Shown here: positions 1 to 8,892 of the stretch, piece by piece
Layout: each line of letters starts with the position of its first letter
Numbering within the stretch: position 1 is the stretch's first letter
Sequence record: MN871447.1
Length of the DNA stretch: 64,000 bases
Reading direction: 5' to 3' (one strand)
Notes under the pieces: generated by a model
The model's input: the letters and a program-made list of their open reading frames with translations, nothing else
Database searches by the model: none
What the model was told of the DNA's origin: nothing
Made by a program: the position numbers and the translations under genes

Positions 1-24
1 AAGAAAAAAGTTATAGACCATAGA

Positions 25-52
25 CCTAGGAGAACCCGAAGGTTCTCCTAGG
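25..52 (-). terminator. Intrinsic terminator-like hairpin with cUUCGg tetraloop
   Basis: Perfect 12-bp inverted repeat CCTAGGAGAACC/GGTTCTCCTAGG with TTCG loop on minus strand, downstream of ORF 77-802; T-rich tract follows. Confidence 0.8.
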
Positions 53-76
53 CTACAATCGCGCCGTAAAGCGGAA

Positions 77-802
77 TTATTTAAACGCCGGGTGCAGCTT
101 GATCGTTTTCACTTCGGCGGCCAGCTCTTTATCAGCTTTGGCTTCAGCGAGGTCAACCGCTTGCTGGAGATTAACCCAGAATTCGACGGTGGTTTTGGTA
201 GCCTTTGCCAGGCGGTGCGCGGTGCGGATCGTCAGTTTGGTTTTACCGTTGATCAGGCGAGACAGCGTTGCTGTCGCCAGGCCGATATGCGCAGCGAAAT
301 CAGTCGGGGAAATTTCTTTCGGTTCCAGGTATTCTTTCAAAAGAATTTCGCCCGGCGTAGAAGGTTTGCGTGCTTTTGCCATTTTCGGTTTTTCCTTTGG
401 TTTTTCAGGAGGTTGTGTACCATTACTGTTATTGCATAATACTACTTCTTGACGTGAAAGATTACCGAGGAACAGAATCGAGCCAACAGTGAAAATCGAC
501 TGTTTTACGCCGTCTGGCGTATTACGGAAAAGGGAGACCTGATTTTTATTTTTCTGCAGAAGATCAATGAGCAAATTAACGTGATAATCTGCCGGATTAT
601 TCAGATCGCGGAAGAGCAGTGCTTCAGCTTCTGTAAAACTGATCTTCTTCTCCTGTACCATCGCCATCTGAAGAGGGAATTTTAACTTATGAACCAAGAT
701 CCGATACGGTAATGAAACTACCGTTTTCAAATTACCCTCTTTATCGAGAATGAATCGGTTGAGCTCTTCGTCTGTGATGTCATTGTTAACGTAGTGAATC
801 AT
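77..802 (-). CDS. higA: N-terminally extended HigA/VapI-family HTH (Cro/C1) antitoxin-like protein
   Basis: C-terminal 101 aa PSTPGEILLKEYLEP...FAAHIGLATATLSRLING...TAHRLAKATKTTVEFWVNLQQAVDL is a typical HigA sequence; N-terminal 140 aa not recognised; in-frame ATG at 382 preceded by AAGGA. Confidence 0.8.
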   Translation of the reverse strand: MIHYVNNDITDEELNRFILDKEGNLKTVVSLPYRILVHKLKFPLQMAMVQEKKISFTEAEALLFRDLNNPADYHVNLLIDLLQKNKNQVSLFRNTPDGVKQSIFTVGSILFLGNLSRQEVVLCNNSNGTQPPEKPKEKPKMAKARKPSTPGEILLKEYLEPKEISPTDFAAHIGLATATLSRLINGKTKLTIRTAHRLAKATKTTVEFWVNLQQAVDLAEAKADKELAAEVKTIKLHPAFK

Positions 803-822
803 TTTATTCTCCCGTTTTATCT

Positions 823-1245
823 TTAACCGATAGTGATGAGGCGCTCTTCAAATCTGAGCGGGTTAGGAATGTTGATGTTATCCATTTCTGAGAGGTAGTA
901 CGCAGCGACCTCTCGTTTAAGGAGGGTCACGCCGGTATTAGTACGCGCCAGTTCATCGGCTACTCGAATTACCGGGTCGTTCCAATAGTTACTTTTTACA
1001 ATAACTTTCAGCGTGGGGAATTTTCCATCGGCAATGAAATCCGTGTCGTATTCAAAATCCATATTGTCACTGCAACCGTGATCGGCTTCAATATGCAAAT
1101 TCAAAAGCCATGCCTTTAGTCGCTCTTCCGGATACGATTGCATAACCACGCAAAGGTCAATGTCCTTCCCTTCAGCATCGCTAAGAATGAAAATCATTTG
1201 TTGGACATTCATTTTTATTCCCCGTCTTATGGCATCGCAACCCAA
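823..1245 (-). CDS. Hypothetical protein
   Basis: Tiles with minus-strand neighbours; start probably MNVQQ. Confidence 0.6.
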   Translation of the reverse strand: MGCDAIRRGIKMNVQQMIFILSDAEGKDIDLCVVMQSYPEERLKAWLLNLHIEADHGCSDNMDFEYDTDFIADGKFPTLKVIVKSNYWNDPVIRVADELARTNTGVTLLKREVAAYYLSEMDNINIPNPLRFEERLITIG

Positions 1246-1592
1246 TAAGGATCGTCGAGATTATCGGCACACCAGCGTGCAATTTTTAGAAATTCTTCAA
1301 AGCCAGAAAAACCAATGTTACTGCGTTGTGTTTCTGTCATTGGCCATCGGGTCAGTAATTGAAGTTTCTCCAGGAAAAAGTCATCTATTTTACCGTAGAG
1401 AATACCCTCTTTTTCTTGTCCACTGAAAACAATATTGAGATAATTGTTAGTGAAATTGACCACCGAATGATAATTGGAGTGGGTAACGAATAACGAGTTA
1501 TCCAGAGGACAAGTATTGGGAACCTGTGCGAAAGGTTTATTACCGTCCTCTCTGTCTTCTTTGAGTTCGCCGAATTGGAATAAGATCGCCAT
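1227..1592 (-). CDS. Hypothetical protein
   Basis: ATG with AAGGA ribosome-binding site; tiles with neighbours. Confidence 0.65.
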   Translation of the reverse strand: MAILFQFGELKEDREDGNKPFAQVPNTCPLDNSLFVTHSNYHSVVNFTNNYLNIVFSGQEKEGILYGKIDDFFLEKLQLLTRWPMTETQRSNIGFSGFEEFLKIARWCADNLDDPYWVAMP

Positions 1593-1615
1593 TTATTTTA
1601 TCCTTTATAGCGTAG

Positions 1616-1642
1616 GTCCTGGGAGAGACTATCTCCCAGGAC
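1616..1642 (-). terminator. Intergenic stem-loop (terminator or processing/stability hairpin)
   Basis: 11-bp perfect inverted repeat GTCCTGGGAGA/TCTCCCAGGAC; no clear U-tract. Confidence 0.5.
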
Positions 1643-1705
1643 GATGAGGTCATTAAACGTTTTTATTTTTCTCTTGGGTTGTTATTGCTTCCTGTCCAAG
1701 AGAAA

Positions 1706-2530
1706 TTAAATTCTCTCTACCACGGCTTTTAACCAGGCTTTAACGATGTCCTGATTCAGCAAAGAAAGTTCATTGCTACCAAACCCCGGTTCAACGATGT
1801 GTAACCGATAATTCTGATCGAGGTTATCCAGCCCTACGGCAGGGGAAATCGTATAAACTCGGTTTGAATTAAAACCAAATGAAGGACCGTTTTCTGAGTT
1901 AAAACTAACACCCGCCTTTAACATTACCCTCGTTTTAATTCCGGCAAAAAGCGCGTAGAAGACGACAGAGATTTTTGGTTTCAGGACGACCCCACCTTCG
2001 AATTTTCTTCCATCGAAAACAGGAACATTTATTTTACGTTCGTGACAGAATTCTGCAATTACGTCGAAGAACGGGTTTAAAGTAACAGCCTTAACCGGTA
2101 ACTGATTATAAACGTCGATAACCTTATCACTCTTGAAACCGATATCATGACGGTTTAAAAGAAAATAATAAATATATTCGCCGAACCAATTCATAACCCG
2201 CCCAAGTTGAGAGACGAACTTCTCTTCTTGATCTTCAATATTTGAGTAAAGCTTATAGGGTTTCTGATTGATAAAGCGAATAATTAAGTTATTGTCATCC
2301 ACGCGTTCCGCAATCGATAGCCAACGCATATCGGTTGTTTTGTCATGGGTAATCACCGGGATAATTTTATAATTCTCATTATCCCGTTCCGGCATAATAT
2401 AATTTTTAAGCCCAGGACGTTCTTCGCCGAGCCTAATACGGAACTCTGGGGTATAAGGGTGCACCAGAGCAGCATCATTGGTGTTTTGGACTTCGTTTGG
2501 TAAAATAATCATCGTACATTTCCTTTTCAT
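1706..2530 (-). CDS. Hypothetical protein, first gene after an early-type promoter
   Basis: 274-aa ORF; promoter motif at 2607-2629. Confidence 0.7.
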   Translation of the reverse strand: MKRKCTMIILPNEVQNTNDAALVHPYTPEFRIRLGEERPGLKNYIMPERDNENYKIIPVITHDKTTDMRWLSIAERVDDNNLIIRFINQKPYKLYSNIEDQEEKFVSQLGRVMNWFGEYIYYFLLNRHDIGFKSDKVIDVYNQLPVKAVTLNPFFDVIAEFCHERKINVPVFDGRKFEGGVVLKPKISVVFYALFAGIKTRVMLKAGVSFNSENGPSFGFNSNRVYTISPAVGLDNLDQNYRLHIVEPGFGSNELSLLNQDIVKAWLKAVVERI

Positions 2531-2606
2531 GACCAGTTAATGGTCTGTTACGTTAAATAAGAGAATTTTAGATTCTCAGATATAAAGTGTAGAGACAACG
2601 TCTCTA

Positions 2607-2629
2607 CACTAGGGTGATATAGACGTTAA
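2607..2629 (-). promoter_or_regulatory. Putative phage early promoter (TTMANNYCTATATYAC-N5-TG), copy 1
   Basis: Minus strand TTAACGTCTATATCACCCTAGTG; motif recurs 8 times at gene-end/intergenic positions. Confidence 0.75.
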
Positions 2630-3177
2630 CCAGATTGGGTTTCGGTATCCTTTACGTAAATACCCGTTTCTACATCTAGTGTAAAACCCACGACCTCCAG
2701 ATTAACCCGCTCATTACCTTCGGCTGTAATCTTGAAACGTGCATTACAAGTCTCAATGTTAACTTCCCCGTCGACGCAGATAAATGCATCATCGATCAGC
2801 CCCGGTATATCGATTTCAGTCCCGTTGACTAAATCGAATACTCGGAAGTTATACGTCGTATTCTGAGTGGGGCGAAAACGCGGGTACTGAACAACGACGT
2901 GACCTGAACTTTCGAGTTCACCATCTTCGTTAAATTTAGTGTAACGGATGAGCACTTTGTCCACCGCAAAATTTGACAGTGTACGTATTTGCATATCGGT
3001 GAATGTTAACTCCCCGCTAGCAGCCGCCAAACCAACCAAATTAAACCCGACGTCAGAGTTTGCTTTAAAGAACACTTGTCCTTCTGCCTCAGGAATTCCG
3101 GTAACAAAATACTCTTGGTTTTCTTTGATGATCTTAAACTGCATTTTCTTAATATCGGTAAACATAGCTTTGTCCAC
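2626..3177 (-). CDS. Hypothetical protein
   Basis: 183-aa ORF tiling with neighbours. Confidence 0.65.
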   Translation of the reverse strand: MDKAMFTDIKKMQFKIIKENQEYFVTGIPEAEGQVFFKANSDVGFNLVGLAAASGELTFTDMQIRTLSNFAVDKVLIRYTKFNEDGELESSGHVVVQYPRFRPTQNTTYNFRVFDLVNGTEIDIPGLIDDAFICVDGEVNIETCNARFKITAEGNERVNLEVVGFTLDVETGIYVKDTETQSG

Positions 3178-3185
3178 TTAATATC

Positions 3186-3629
3186 CTATTCGATGTTGCT
3201 GTATTGATCACCCACCCATACTACGGGCGTTAATAGTCCTCGACCGATTTCTTGTTCACGGTCTTTTTGTTTATCTTCGTCCGAGAACCCGTCGATACGC
3301 ATTAACTGGCGTGATTCAAAAAACGCACTGAAATTCTTACCTTCTTGATCCAGGAATGATTCCGCTAATCCTTTAAAGGTGAAATGACTACCATCTTCGA
3401 TCCTATTTCCCGATACATTGACGAAGGTTTTAACATTGCCGTTGACTATCCACCCTGTCGCTGCCAATGACCCCGTCGCCATAATGCCCTGTCCATCCAA
3501 GTTAAGGAGAATTCTTACCGATTCTTTCTCCATAACTTTAAACTGAACGACTACTTCTTTACCGACATTATCTGGATTTTCGTTATCGCTAATGACAATG
3601 GCGCGACAGCCAGGTTCTAAAGGTTTCAC
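3186..3629 (-). CDS. Hypothetical phage protein
   Basis: N-terminus MKPLEPGCRAIVI...NVGKEVVV resembles a small beta-barrel-type phage protein start; overlaps upstream stop. Confidence 0.65.
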   Translation of the reverse strand: MKPLEPGCRAIVISDNENPDNVGKEVVVQFKVMEKESVRILLNLDGQGIMATGSLAATGWIVNGNVKTFVNVSGNRIEDGSHFTFKGLAESFLDQEGKNFSAFFESRQLMRIDGFSDEDKQKDREQEIGRGLLTPVVWVGDQYSNIE

Positions 3630-4006
3630 GTACGTTTCTCCTGCGCAAGAAAATATTCACGTATTCCCTCAGCTAATGGACCAAAGTCAGAAACCAACTG
3701 TAATAGAGACAATTGGTCATCGGTTTGTCGCAGTCTTTCGAGCCCTATATGAGGAGGCTTCAGACCGACAGTAGAGAGCTCTAGTTTACCGAGGTATATC
3801 TTTGTCTGCCCTCGATCGAGAAACGCGTGAAACGTCAATTCCGGTCCAGTGGTAAGAATTAGTCCGTCGAAGGGATTCTTCCCGTTATAGACACTCTCCC
3901 TTTGAAAATGGAAAGCCGCTGCTACTTTCTCTCCCTCTCCCAATTCTTTTTGGCAATGTTTCAACCAACGTTCAGTAAGTTCCGCTTCTTTGAATTTGAA
4001 TTCCAT
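3626..4006 (-). CDS. Hypothetical protein
   Basis: 126-aa ORF, 4-bp overlap with next gene. Confidence 0.6.
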   Translation of the reverse strand: MEFKFKEAELTERWLKHCQKELGEGEKVAAAFHFQRESVYNGKNPFDGLILTTGPELTFHAFLDRGQTKIYLGKLELSTVGLKPPHIGLERLRQTDDQLSLLQLVSDFGPLAEGIREYFLAQEKRT

Positions 4007-4015
4007 TTTGTACCC

Positions 4016-4273
4016 CTATAATTTTTGGTTCAATTCCATGGCAACTTCGATGAATTCTACCATGGTGCCTACTATCACTTCCTTAATATCCAAGTCAACA
4101 TCAGTAAGCGCATGTCCGATTCCCCTACGGTCAAGGAGATCGTCTATTATCGCCAGCGCAGCTAATCTGGCAGGGCTTGAAGTCAATCTTTCGCCACTAT
4201 CATAAGGGTATTTTGCGGCGTTGAGCATAGTTTCTAATGTGGTCAATTCAATCACCTCTTCTTTATATTTCAT
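4016..4273 (-). CDS. Hypothetical protein
   Basis: 85-aa ORF tiling with neighbours. Confidence 0.6.
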   Translation of the reverse strand: MKYKEEVIELTTLETMLNAAKYPYDSGERLTSSPARLAALAIIDDLLDRRGIGHALTDVDLDIKEVIVGTMVEFIEVAMELNQKL

Positions 4274-4289
4274 TAATCAAAATAAAAAA

Positions 4290-4313
4290 GTATAGGGGAT
4301 TTCTCCCCTATAC
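4290..4313 (-). terminator. Intrinsic terminator
   Basis: 10-bp stem GTATAGGGGA/TCCCCTATAC followed by TTTTTTATTTT on minus strand. Confidence 0.85.
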
Positions 4314-4332
4314 CGGCTTTATGTTCCTAAAC

Positions 4333-6060
4333 TTAGAAGTGACGCGTCAGGGAATAGCGAACCATTACCCCGTCTTCATTTTCAGCCAGCAGTTGGAATT
4401 CACCCGTACTGCGGTAGATCTCCACACCGGTGTTTCCCGGAATCTGCAGACCGGCTACAACCTGCCCTTCGACCTGCTCCAGCGGATTCGCCTGAGAGAA
4501 CGCTTCGACAACCCGACGAACGTCACGGAGTTCGTGACTGAGGTCTTCAGCAAACAATGCGGATTGTTTCGCTACGTTATCTTTCCAGCCCTCAAGTACC
4601 AGAAGCATCCCGCGATCTGGTGTCTGATAGCTGAAGGTTTCTTTCCCGCCCCATACTGCCGGCGCGAGCGAAATACCCACTACCTTGACACGTTGACCCA
4701 CCGTCTCCGACCACTGACCGATCGGGCTTCCGTTCTGATAGCTGTAGCTCGCTACGCTGTTACGTTTCTCTTCGCTGTCCCAACGATAAATCGGTTTCGC
4801 ATCCGGGTCGGCCTGCGCGGTGAATTGCGCAAAGTTATAACGGCCGTAGTGCCCGCCTCTTAACTCAACGAACAGCGCCTTCGCCTTCGGTAACACCTCC
4901 GCGATAAATTGCATCAGTGAAATATCCCCGCCACTTACTACCGAGCGCTGAGGCTCTGTTTTATTCTCTTTGGTTTTCAGGCCATCGAAAATACTTCCCT
5001 TAGCTTCAGTAGCCGCTTCTGTTTCTTTCGGCTGCCAGAACCATTCCTGAATGTCAGCAAGCGTAGCGAAACGGCGACGGAACGCCGACTCAATCCCTAA
5101 TTCAGCGACGAGTTTTTTCGCTTTTTCCAGCTGTTCTTCAGTTGGGGCTTCGGTTGCCCGCATGTAGTTGACGCCTTCGGTACGGATGCGGAATTGGTTA
5201 ATCCCGTAACGCAGATTACCGTCTTTAATATCGTCGAGCAACACCCCAACCGCCGTAGTGTGGAAATGGATGATATCTTTGTTATCAAAGTCCATCGCTT
5301 CCCAAACCAGGTTGGTTTTGATATTGTTGTTTTTCGTTTCATGGAAGGCTGTGTAGAGTTTGTGCCACTTCATGAATTGGTTTTTGAACTTGGTGAGGTG
5401 TTTCAGTTCACCGTATTCAAACAGTTCATAAGCGGCGCGGACGGTATCTGCACCCCAGCGCAACAGACCGCTTTGAAGAATACGAACCAGCTCACGTGCC
5501 TCTGCTTCTTTACCCAGACGCTCTTCGTCGTTCTGATAAACGAAGATCAGTTCTTTCGACGCGCAGTTCAGGGTACCGTTGAAATGGCGGAATTTACCGG
5601 AATGCGGGAAAGAATAGTCAGCGACGTTTTCAACCACGATGTTCGCCACCGGACATTTTGAGATCACTTTATTTAACGCGCTCACGAAAGCGTAGACGTT
5701 GTTCGTTGGTTCGCCTTCTGCTTCCACGTCAACGTTAAACGCCATCGACTTCACTAACCCGTCGACAATCGTTACGTACTGACCGTATTTGTTCAACCAA
5801 CGCTCACAGGTTTTGCAGCGGTACTGCTGACGTTCTTCTTCCGGGAAAAGTTCCAGGTAGTGCTGGTATAAACTTTTCCCGGTGCTGTGTTCAACATCGA
5901 CACGATAAATGTCATCGTTGATATCGTGCAGGGAAAGATTGTGTTCAATAACGTCTACTAAGGTTTCGTAGAAACGATCAGAAGCTTCGGTGACGGTATT
6001 AACAGCAACAATTTGATCAGTCATTCTTTTATCCTTTACAGTGAAATAGGTTCTATTCAA
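4333..6060 (-). CDS. Large conserved hypothetical phage protein with CxxC motif
   Basis: 575 aa; YRCKTCERWL, NYMRATEAP, FRRRFATLADI, PIYRWDSEEKRN and ALFAEDLSHELRDVRRVVEAFS blocks resemble a widespread uncharacterised phage family (recalled, not searched). Confidence 0.75.
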   Translation of the reverse strand: MNRTYFTVKDKRMTDQIVAVNTVTEASDRFYETLVDVIEHNLSLHDINDDIYRVDVEHSTGKSLYQHYLELFPEEERQQYRCKTCERWLNKYGQYVTIVDGLVKSMAFNVDVEAEGEPTNNVYAFVSALNKVISKCPVANIVVENVADYSFPHSGKFRHFNGTLNCASKELIFVYQNDEERLGKEAEARELVRILQSGLLRWGADTVRAAYELFEYGELKHLTKFKNQFMKWHKLYTAFHETKNNNIKTNLVWEAMDFDNKDIIHFHTTAVGVLLDDIKDGNLRYGINQFRIRTEGVNYMRATEAPTEEQLEKAKKLVAELGIESAFRRRFATLADIQEWFWQPKETEAATEAKGSIFDGLKTKENKTEPQRSVVSGGDISLMQFIAEVLPKAKALFVELRGGHYGRYNFAQFTAQADPDAKPIYRWDSEEKRNSVASYSYQNGSPIGQWSETVGQRVKVVGISLAPAVWGGKETFSYQTPDRGMLLVLEGWKDNVAKQSALFAEDLSHELRDVRRVVEAFSQANPLEQVEGQVVAGLQIPGNTGVEIYRSTGEFQLLAENEDGVMVRYSLTRHF

Positions 6061-6076
6061 ACAAATGAGAAGAGGT

Positions 6077-6589
6077 TTATTTTCGGAACAGTGAGAAGAA
6101 ACGTTTAAAAAGACTCAGTTTCTTCTCTTCCGGAATATTGTTTTTCTCTATCACAACCGCTTCAGTACTTTCTTCTGCGGCCCCAACATTTTTAAACCGT
6201 TTTTCGGTCATTGACCGGGTCAGGTACTCGTTACCGAGATAAACGTTTTTATTGCGAATAAAGTCGCGGAAACTTTCTTGCGCTTCTATCGCTCGTCCTT
6301 TAGTGTCGTAATAAACCCTATAGTTTCTGACACTGTTGTTATCGACGCCTTGTAATTGGATCGTGTAACCCTCACCCGCTTCATTTATTTCGTCGGTGAC
6401 CAGGTTTAAACACCTGGACGGAATAACAAACGTCGCGCTGTCACCTAAGATTTCCAGTCCTTGGCCGTTATCAACAATCACCCAATAGCGGGCACTAAAT
6501 GTTTTCAGCATTTTGTCAAACGGGAGCGGAAGGAGACCCTCAACAGAACCCGTCTCGTTGGGGGTATCGCTTTTAAACTCAGTTTTCAT
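6077..6589 (-). CDS. Hypothetical protein
   Basis: 170-aa ORF tiling with neighbours. Confidence 0.65.
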   Translation of the reverse strand: MKTEFKSDTPNETGSVEGLLPLPFDKMLKTFSARYWVIVDNGQGLEILGDSATFVIPSRCLNLVTDEINEAGEGYTIQLQGVDNNSVRNYRVYYDTKGRAIEAQESFRDFIRNKNVYLGNEYLTRSMTEKRFKNVGAAEESTEAVVIEKNNIPEEKKLSLFKRFFSLFRK

Positions 6590-6947
6590 GCGGCAGCTCC
6601 GGTGTCAGGTCACCCACTTTCAGTACCGTGACAGCGTGATTTTCTCTATCGAACGGTACAAAAGCAATACAAAAATAACGTTCTTCTTGCATCAGCTGAA
6701 CAATTTTCCCTTCTGCTTTGATGTCTTTCCCTTCCCACACAACGGCAGTGAAAACCGTATCAAAATCAAACACTGAATCGCCGGTTGATTTTTTACATTC
6801 TGCTTCGGTTTCACTGGTAACGACGATCTTCGTGTCACCTACGTAATAAAAACGTTTACCGTCACGAATATAGAAAGTGGCGTCGGCATCGCGCATGGGC
6901 TGAAAATCCACAAAATCCATTTCTTCTAAGATCATTGTTCTGGCCAT
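6579..6947 (-). CDS. Hypothetical protein
   Basis: 122-aa ORF tiling with neighbours. Confidence 0.65.
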   Translation of the reverse strand: MARTMILEEMDFVDFQPMRDADATFYIRDGKRFYYVGDTKIVVTSETEAECKKSTGDSVFDFDTVFTAVVWEGKDIKAEGKIVQLMQEERYFCIAFVPFDRENHAVTVLKVGDLTPELPHEN

Positions 6948-6949
6948 TT

Positions 6950-7255
6950 TTAATCCTCGTAATCGATAACTTCGTTAGTAAACGGAAAACGGTTCGCTAA
7001 CATTTCCATACAGGTTCCAACCGAATCCCCGATGAAATAATAATCGTAAAGCATTCCGTTTTCATGGCGATGTTTGACGTGCAGGATCAGTCCTTTCCGA
7101 TCCGCTGCGTAGAAGTCGTTAAACCACGCAGAGGTGTTATACTCACCTGCGCCGAATACCGCACGCAGATAATCCTTCACGGCCATCTGGCTGTTTTCTG
7201 GGAAGAAACCAAACGACTTGATTTCAAATAACTCAAAACGATGTTCTAACTGCAT
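6950..7255 (-). CDS. Hypothetical protein
   Basis: 101-aa ORF with GGAG RBS. Confidence 0.65.
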   Translation of the reverse strand: MQLEHRFELFEIKSFGFFPENSQMAVKDYLRAVFGAGEYNTSAWFNDFYAADRKGLILHVKHRHENGMLYDYYFIGDSVGTCMEMLANRFPFTNEVIDYED

Positions 7256-7287
7256 ACCGTATCTCCTTATTAAAAGTCCATAGAAGC

Positions 7288-7313
7288 TCTCCTGAGGCTT
7301 TCACCTCAGGAGA
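7288..7313 (-). terminator. Intergenic stem-loop, probable terminator
   Basis: 10-bp stem TCTCCTGAGG/CCTCAGGAGA directly after stop at 7319. Confidence 0.6.
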
Positions 7314-7318
7314 CAATA

Positions 7319-7939
7319 CTATTTACGCTTTTTCTTTTTGGAACGCCCACCGGCGTGTTTAGAGACGTGTTTCTGAGGTTTCCATGGCGAAGTAAAGAGA
7401 TTGCGTTTTCCGCCCATACTGAAACCCCCGTTGAAAGAGAAACTGGTTTGGAATTCAGCCGGTAACGCTTCTTTGAATTTGGTTTTCCACGCCAACCGCA
7501 GCGCTGACTGAATCACCTGGAAACTACCCGGAACAAACCAGTCACCGGGGTTACGTTCGATCAGCGTTTTCCCGCCGTAGCTCGCAGTAACGCTGTTCTC
7601 TTCTTGGTTAACAACGACGCTGACAACGGGATGTTCGATTGCCGGTTTCTCATCGCTGAGCTGAGACATACTGTCTATTTCGACAGTGTCTCCAGACTGC
7701 GAATAGTTTTGAACTTTACGCAGGTCAGGGATAAAAGCTGGCTCATCTAAGTAAGCAAGTTGACTTTTTTCTATCGGGGTTTCTGCTGCCATTAACTGTA
7801 TTTTTTCTTCAGAAATAAAGGCAGGGTCGTCTACCGGGGTAGCGAATCGCGTATCTCCTCGACCGAGAACTTCATGTTTCTCCGCGGGCGTTTCGGCGGT
7901 GATAGTAGTTTCTGCAACTTCGATTTTTTTACTTTCCAT
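7319..7939 (-). CDS. Hypothetical protein with basic C-terminal tail
   Basis: Acidic N-terminus; ends VSKHAGGRSKKKKRK. Confidence 0.7.
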   Translation of the reverse strand: MESKKIEVAETTITAETPAEKHEVLGRGDTRFATPVDDPAFISEEKIQLMAAETPIEKSQLAYLDEPAFIPDLRKVQNYSQSGDTVEIDSMSQLSDEKPAIEHPVVSVVVNQEENSVTASYGGKTLIERNPGDWFVPGSFQVIQSALRLAWKTKFKEALPAEFQTSFSFNGGFSMGGKRNLFTSPWKPQKHVSKHAGGRSKKKKRK

Positions 7940-7965
7940 TTTATTTTCCTTTTTTAAGAAAAAGA

Positions 7966-8298
7966 TTAACGACGGCGTTTAATTTTAATCGGTTTACTGC
8001 GTACTTTCTTCTTTGTCACCGTCCGACCTTTAGCGTGTTTAGAAACACGGATTGCTTCCAGTCGTTCGATCTCATGATCAATCGTTTTTCCATTCTCATC
8101 CAGAATACGATTAAGTACAGTGATCTCGATATTCTTTGCTTTTACTTTTAATAACGGAAAGTGTTTCTTAAAAATGTCTGCAAGGATATCGAAATTGATA
8201 GTGGATGTTTTTGGATCTACGGCATCACGGAACATGGTGTGATGAAGAGCATGTCCCTGAACGCGCGCAGAGAGTGTATTCTTTACCCGTTCTTTCAC
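7966..8298 (-). CDS. Basic hypothetical protein
   Basis: GTG start with GGAG RBS; ends VSKHAKGRTVTKKKVRSKPIKIKRRR. Confidence 0.6.
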   Translation of the reverse strand: MKERVKNTLSARVQGHALHHTMFRDAVDPKTSTINFDILADIFKKHFPLLKVKAKNIEITVLNRILDENGKTIDHEIERLEAIRVSKHAKGRTVTKKKVRSKPIKIKRRR

Positions 8299-8361
8299 GG
8301 TGGCGTTCTCCAGAGGCGTTAGAGGATTCTGTTCACAGATACGTCACGCGCCTAAAAAATA

Positions 8362-8390
8362 ATGAGAGAGAGGACGAACCTCTCTCTCAT
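8362..8390 (-). terminator. Intrinsic terminator
   Basis: 12-bp stem ATGAGAGAGAGG/CCTCTCTCTCAT followed by TATTTTTT. Confidence 0.85.
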
Positions 8391-8395
8391 CAACG

Positions 8396-8869
8396 TTAAT
8401 TAACGAAATAAATGATCACATCTTCTGACAACGTAAAGTTGGTCAGTAACGCGTCGTAGAACTTTTCTTTGCGAACGCGCGTAAAGTAGAAATACGCTTC
8501 GTCAACGTAGACGTGCGTAATCGGCGCTTCGCGGTAAAACTGAGTGTAACCACGTTCATACGGTTTCCCGGCAATAGCTCTGACCTTTTCCGTCGGTGGA
8601 TTAGCGTCACCGTAGAGTCGCGCCTCAAAGTCATCCAGAAGCGTTTCTGTCGGGAGAAAGACCATCGAGTGCTTAGGGTTTTTCTTCACTCGATCGAGCA
8701 CCCATTTCGTCTTACCAGTTTGACGCGGTATTTTAAACCCGATTGTCCGACATTCGCGGAGAATAGTACCGCGCCGCCAATCAATTCGTTTCGCCGTTTC
8801 CGAGGTCTCAGAAATCAACGTTTTCTCTAGTGTCTGCGCTATCGATTCGAAATCAACTTTCTTAGCCAT
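8396..8869 (-). CDS. Small stand-alone P-loop NTPase (terminase/SF2-like ATPase domain)
   Basis: Walker A-like IPRQTGKT and Walker B-like VYVDEA in only 157 aa. Confidence 0.6.
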   Translation of the reverse strand: MAKKVDFESIAQTLEKTLISETSETAKRIDWRRGTILRECRTIGFKIPRQTGKTKWVLDRVKKNPKHSMVFLPTETLLDDFEARLYGDANPPTEKVRAIAGKPYERGYTQFYREAPITHVYVDEAYFYFTRVRKEKFYDALLTNFTLSEDVIIYFVN

Positions 8870-8892
8870 GACGTCTTTTTACCTTTTAACGT

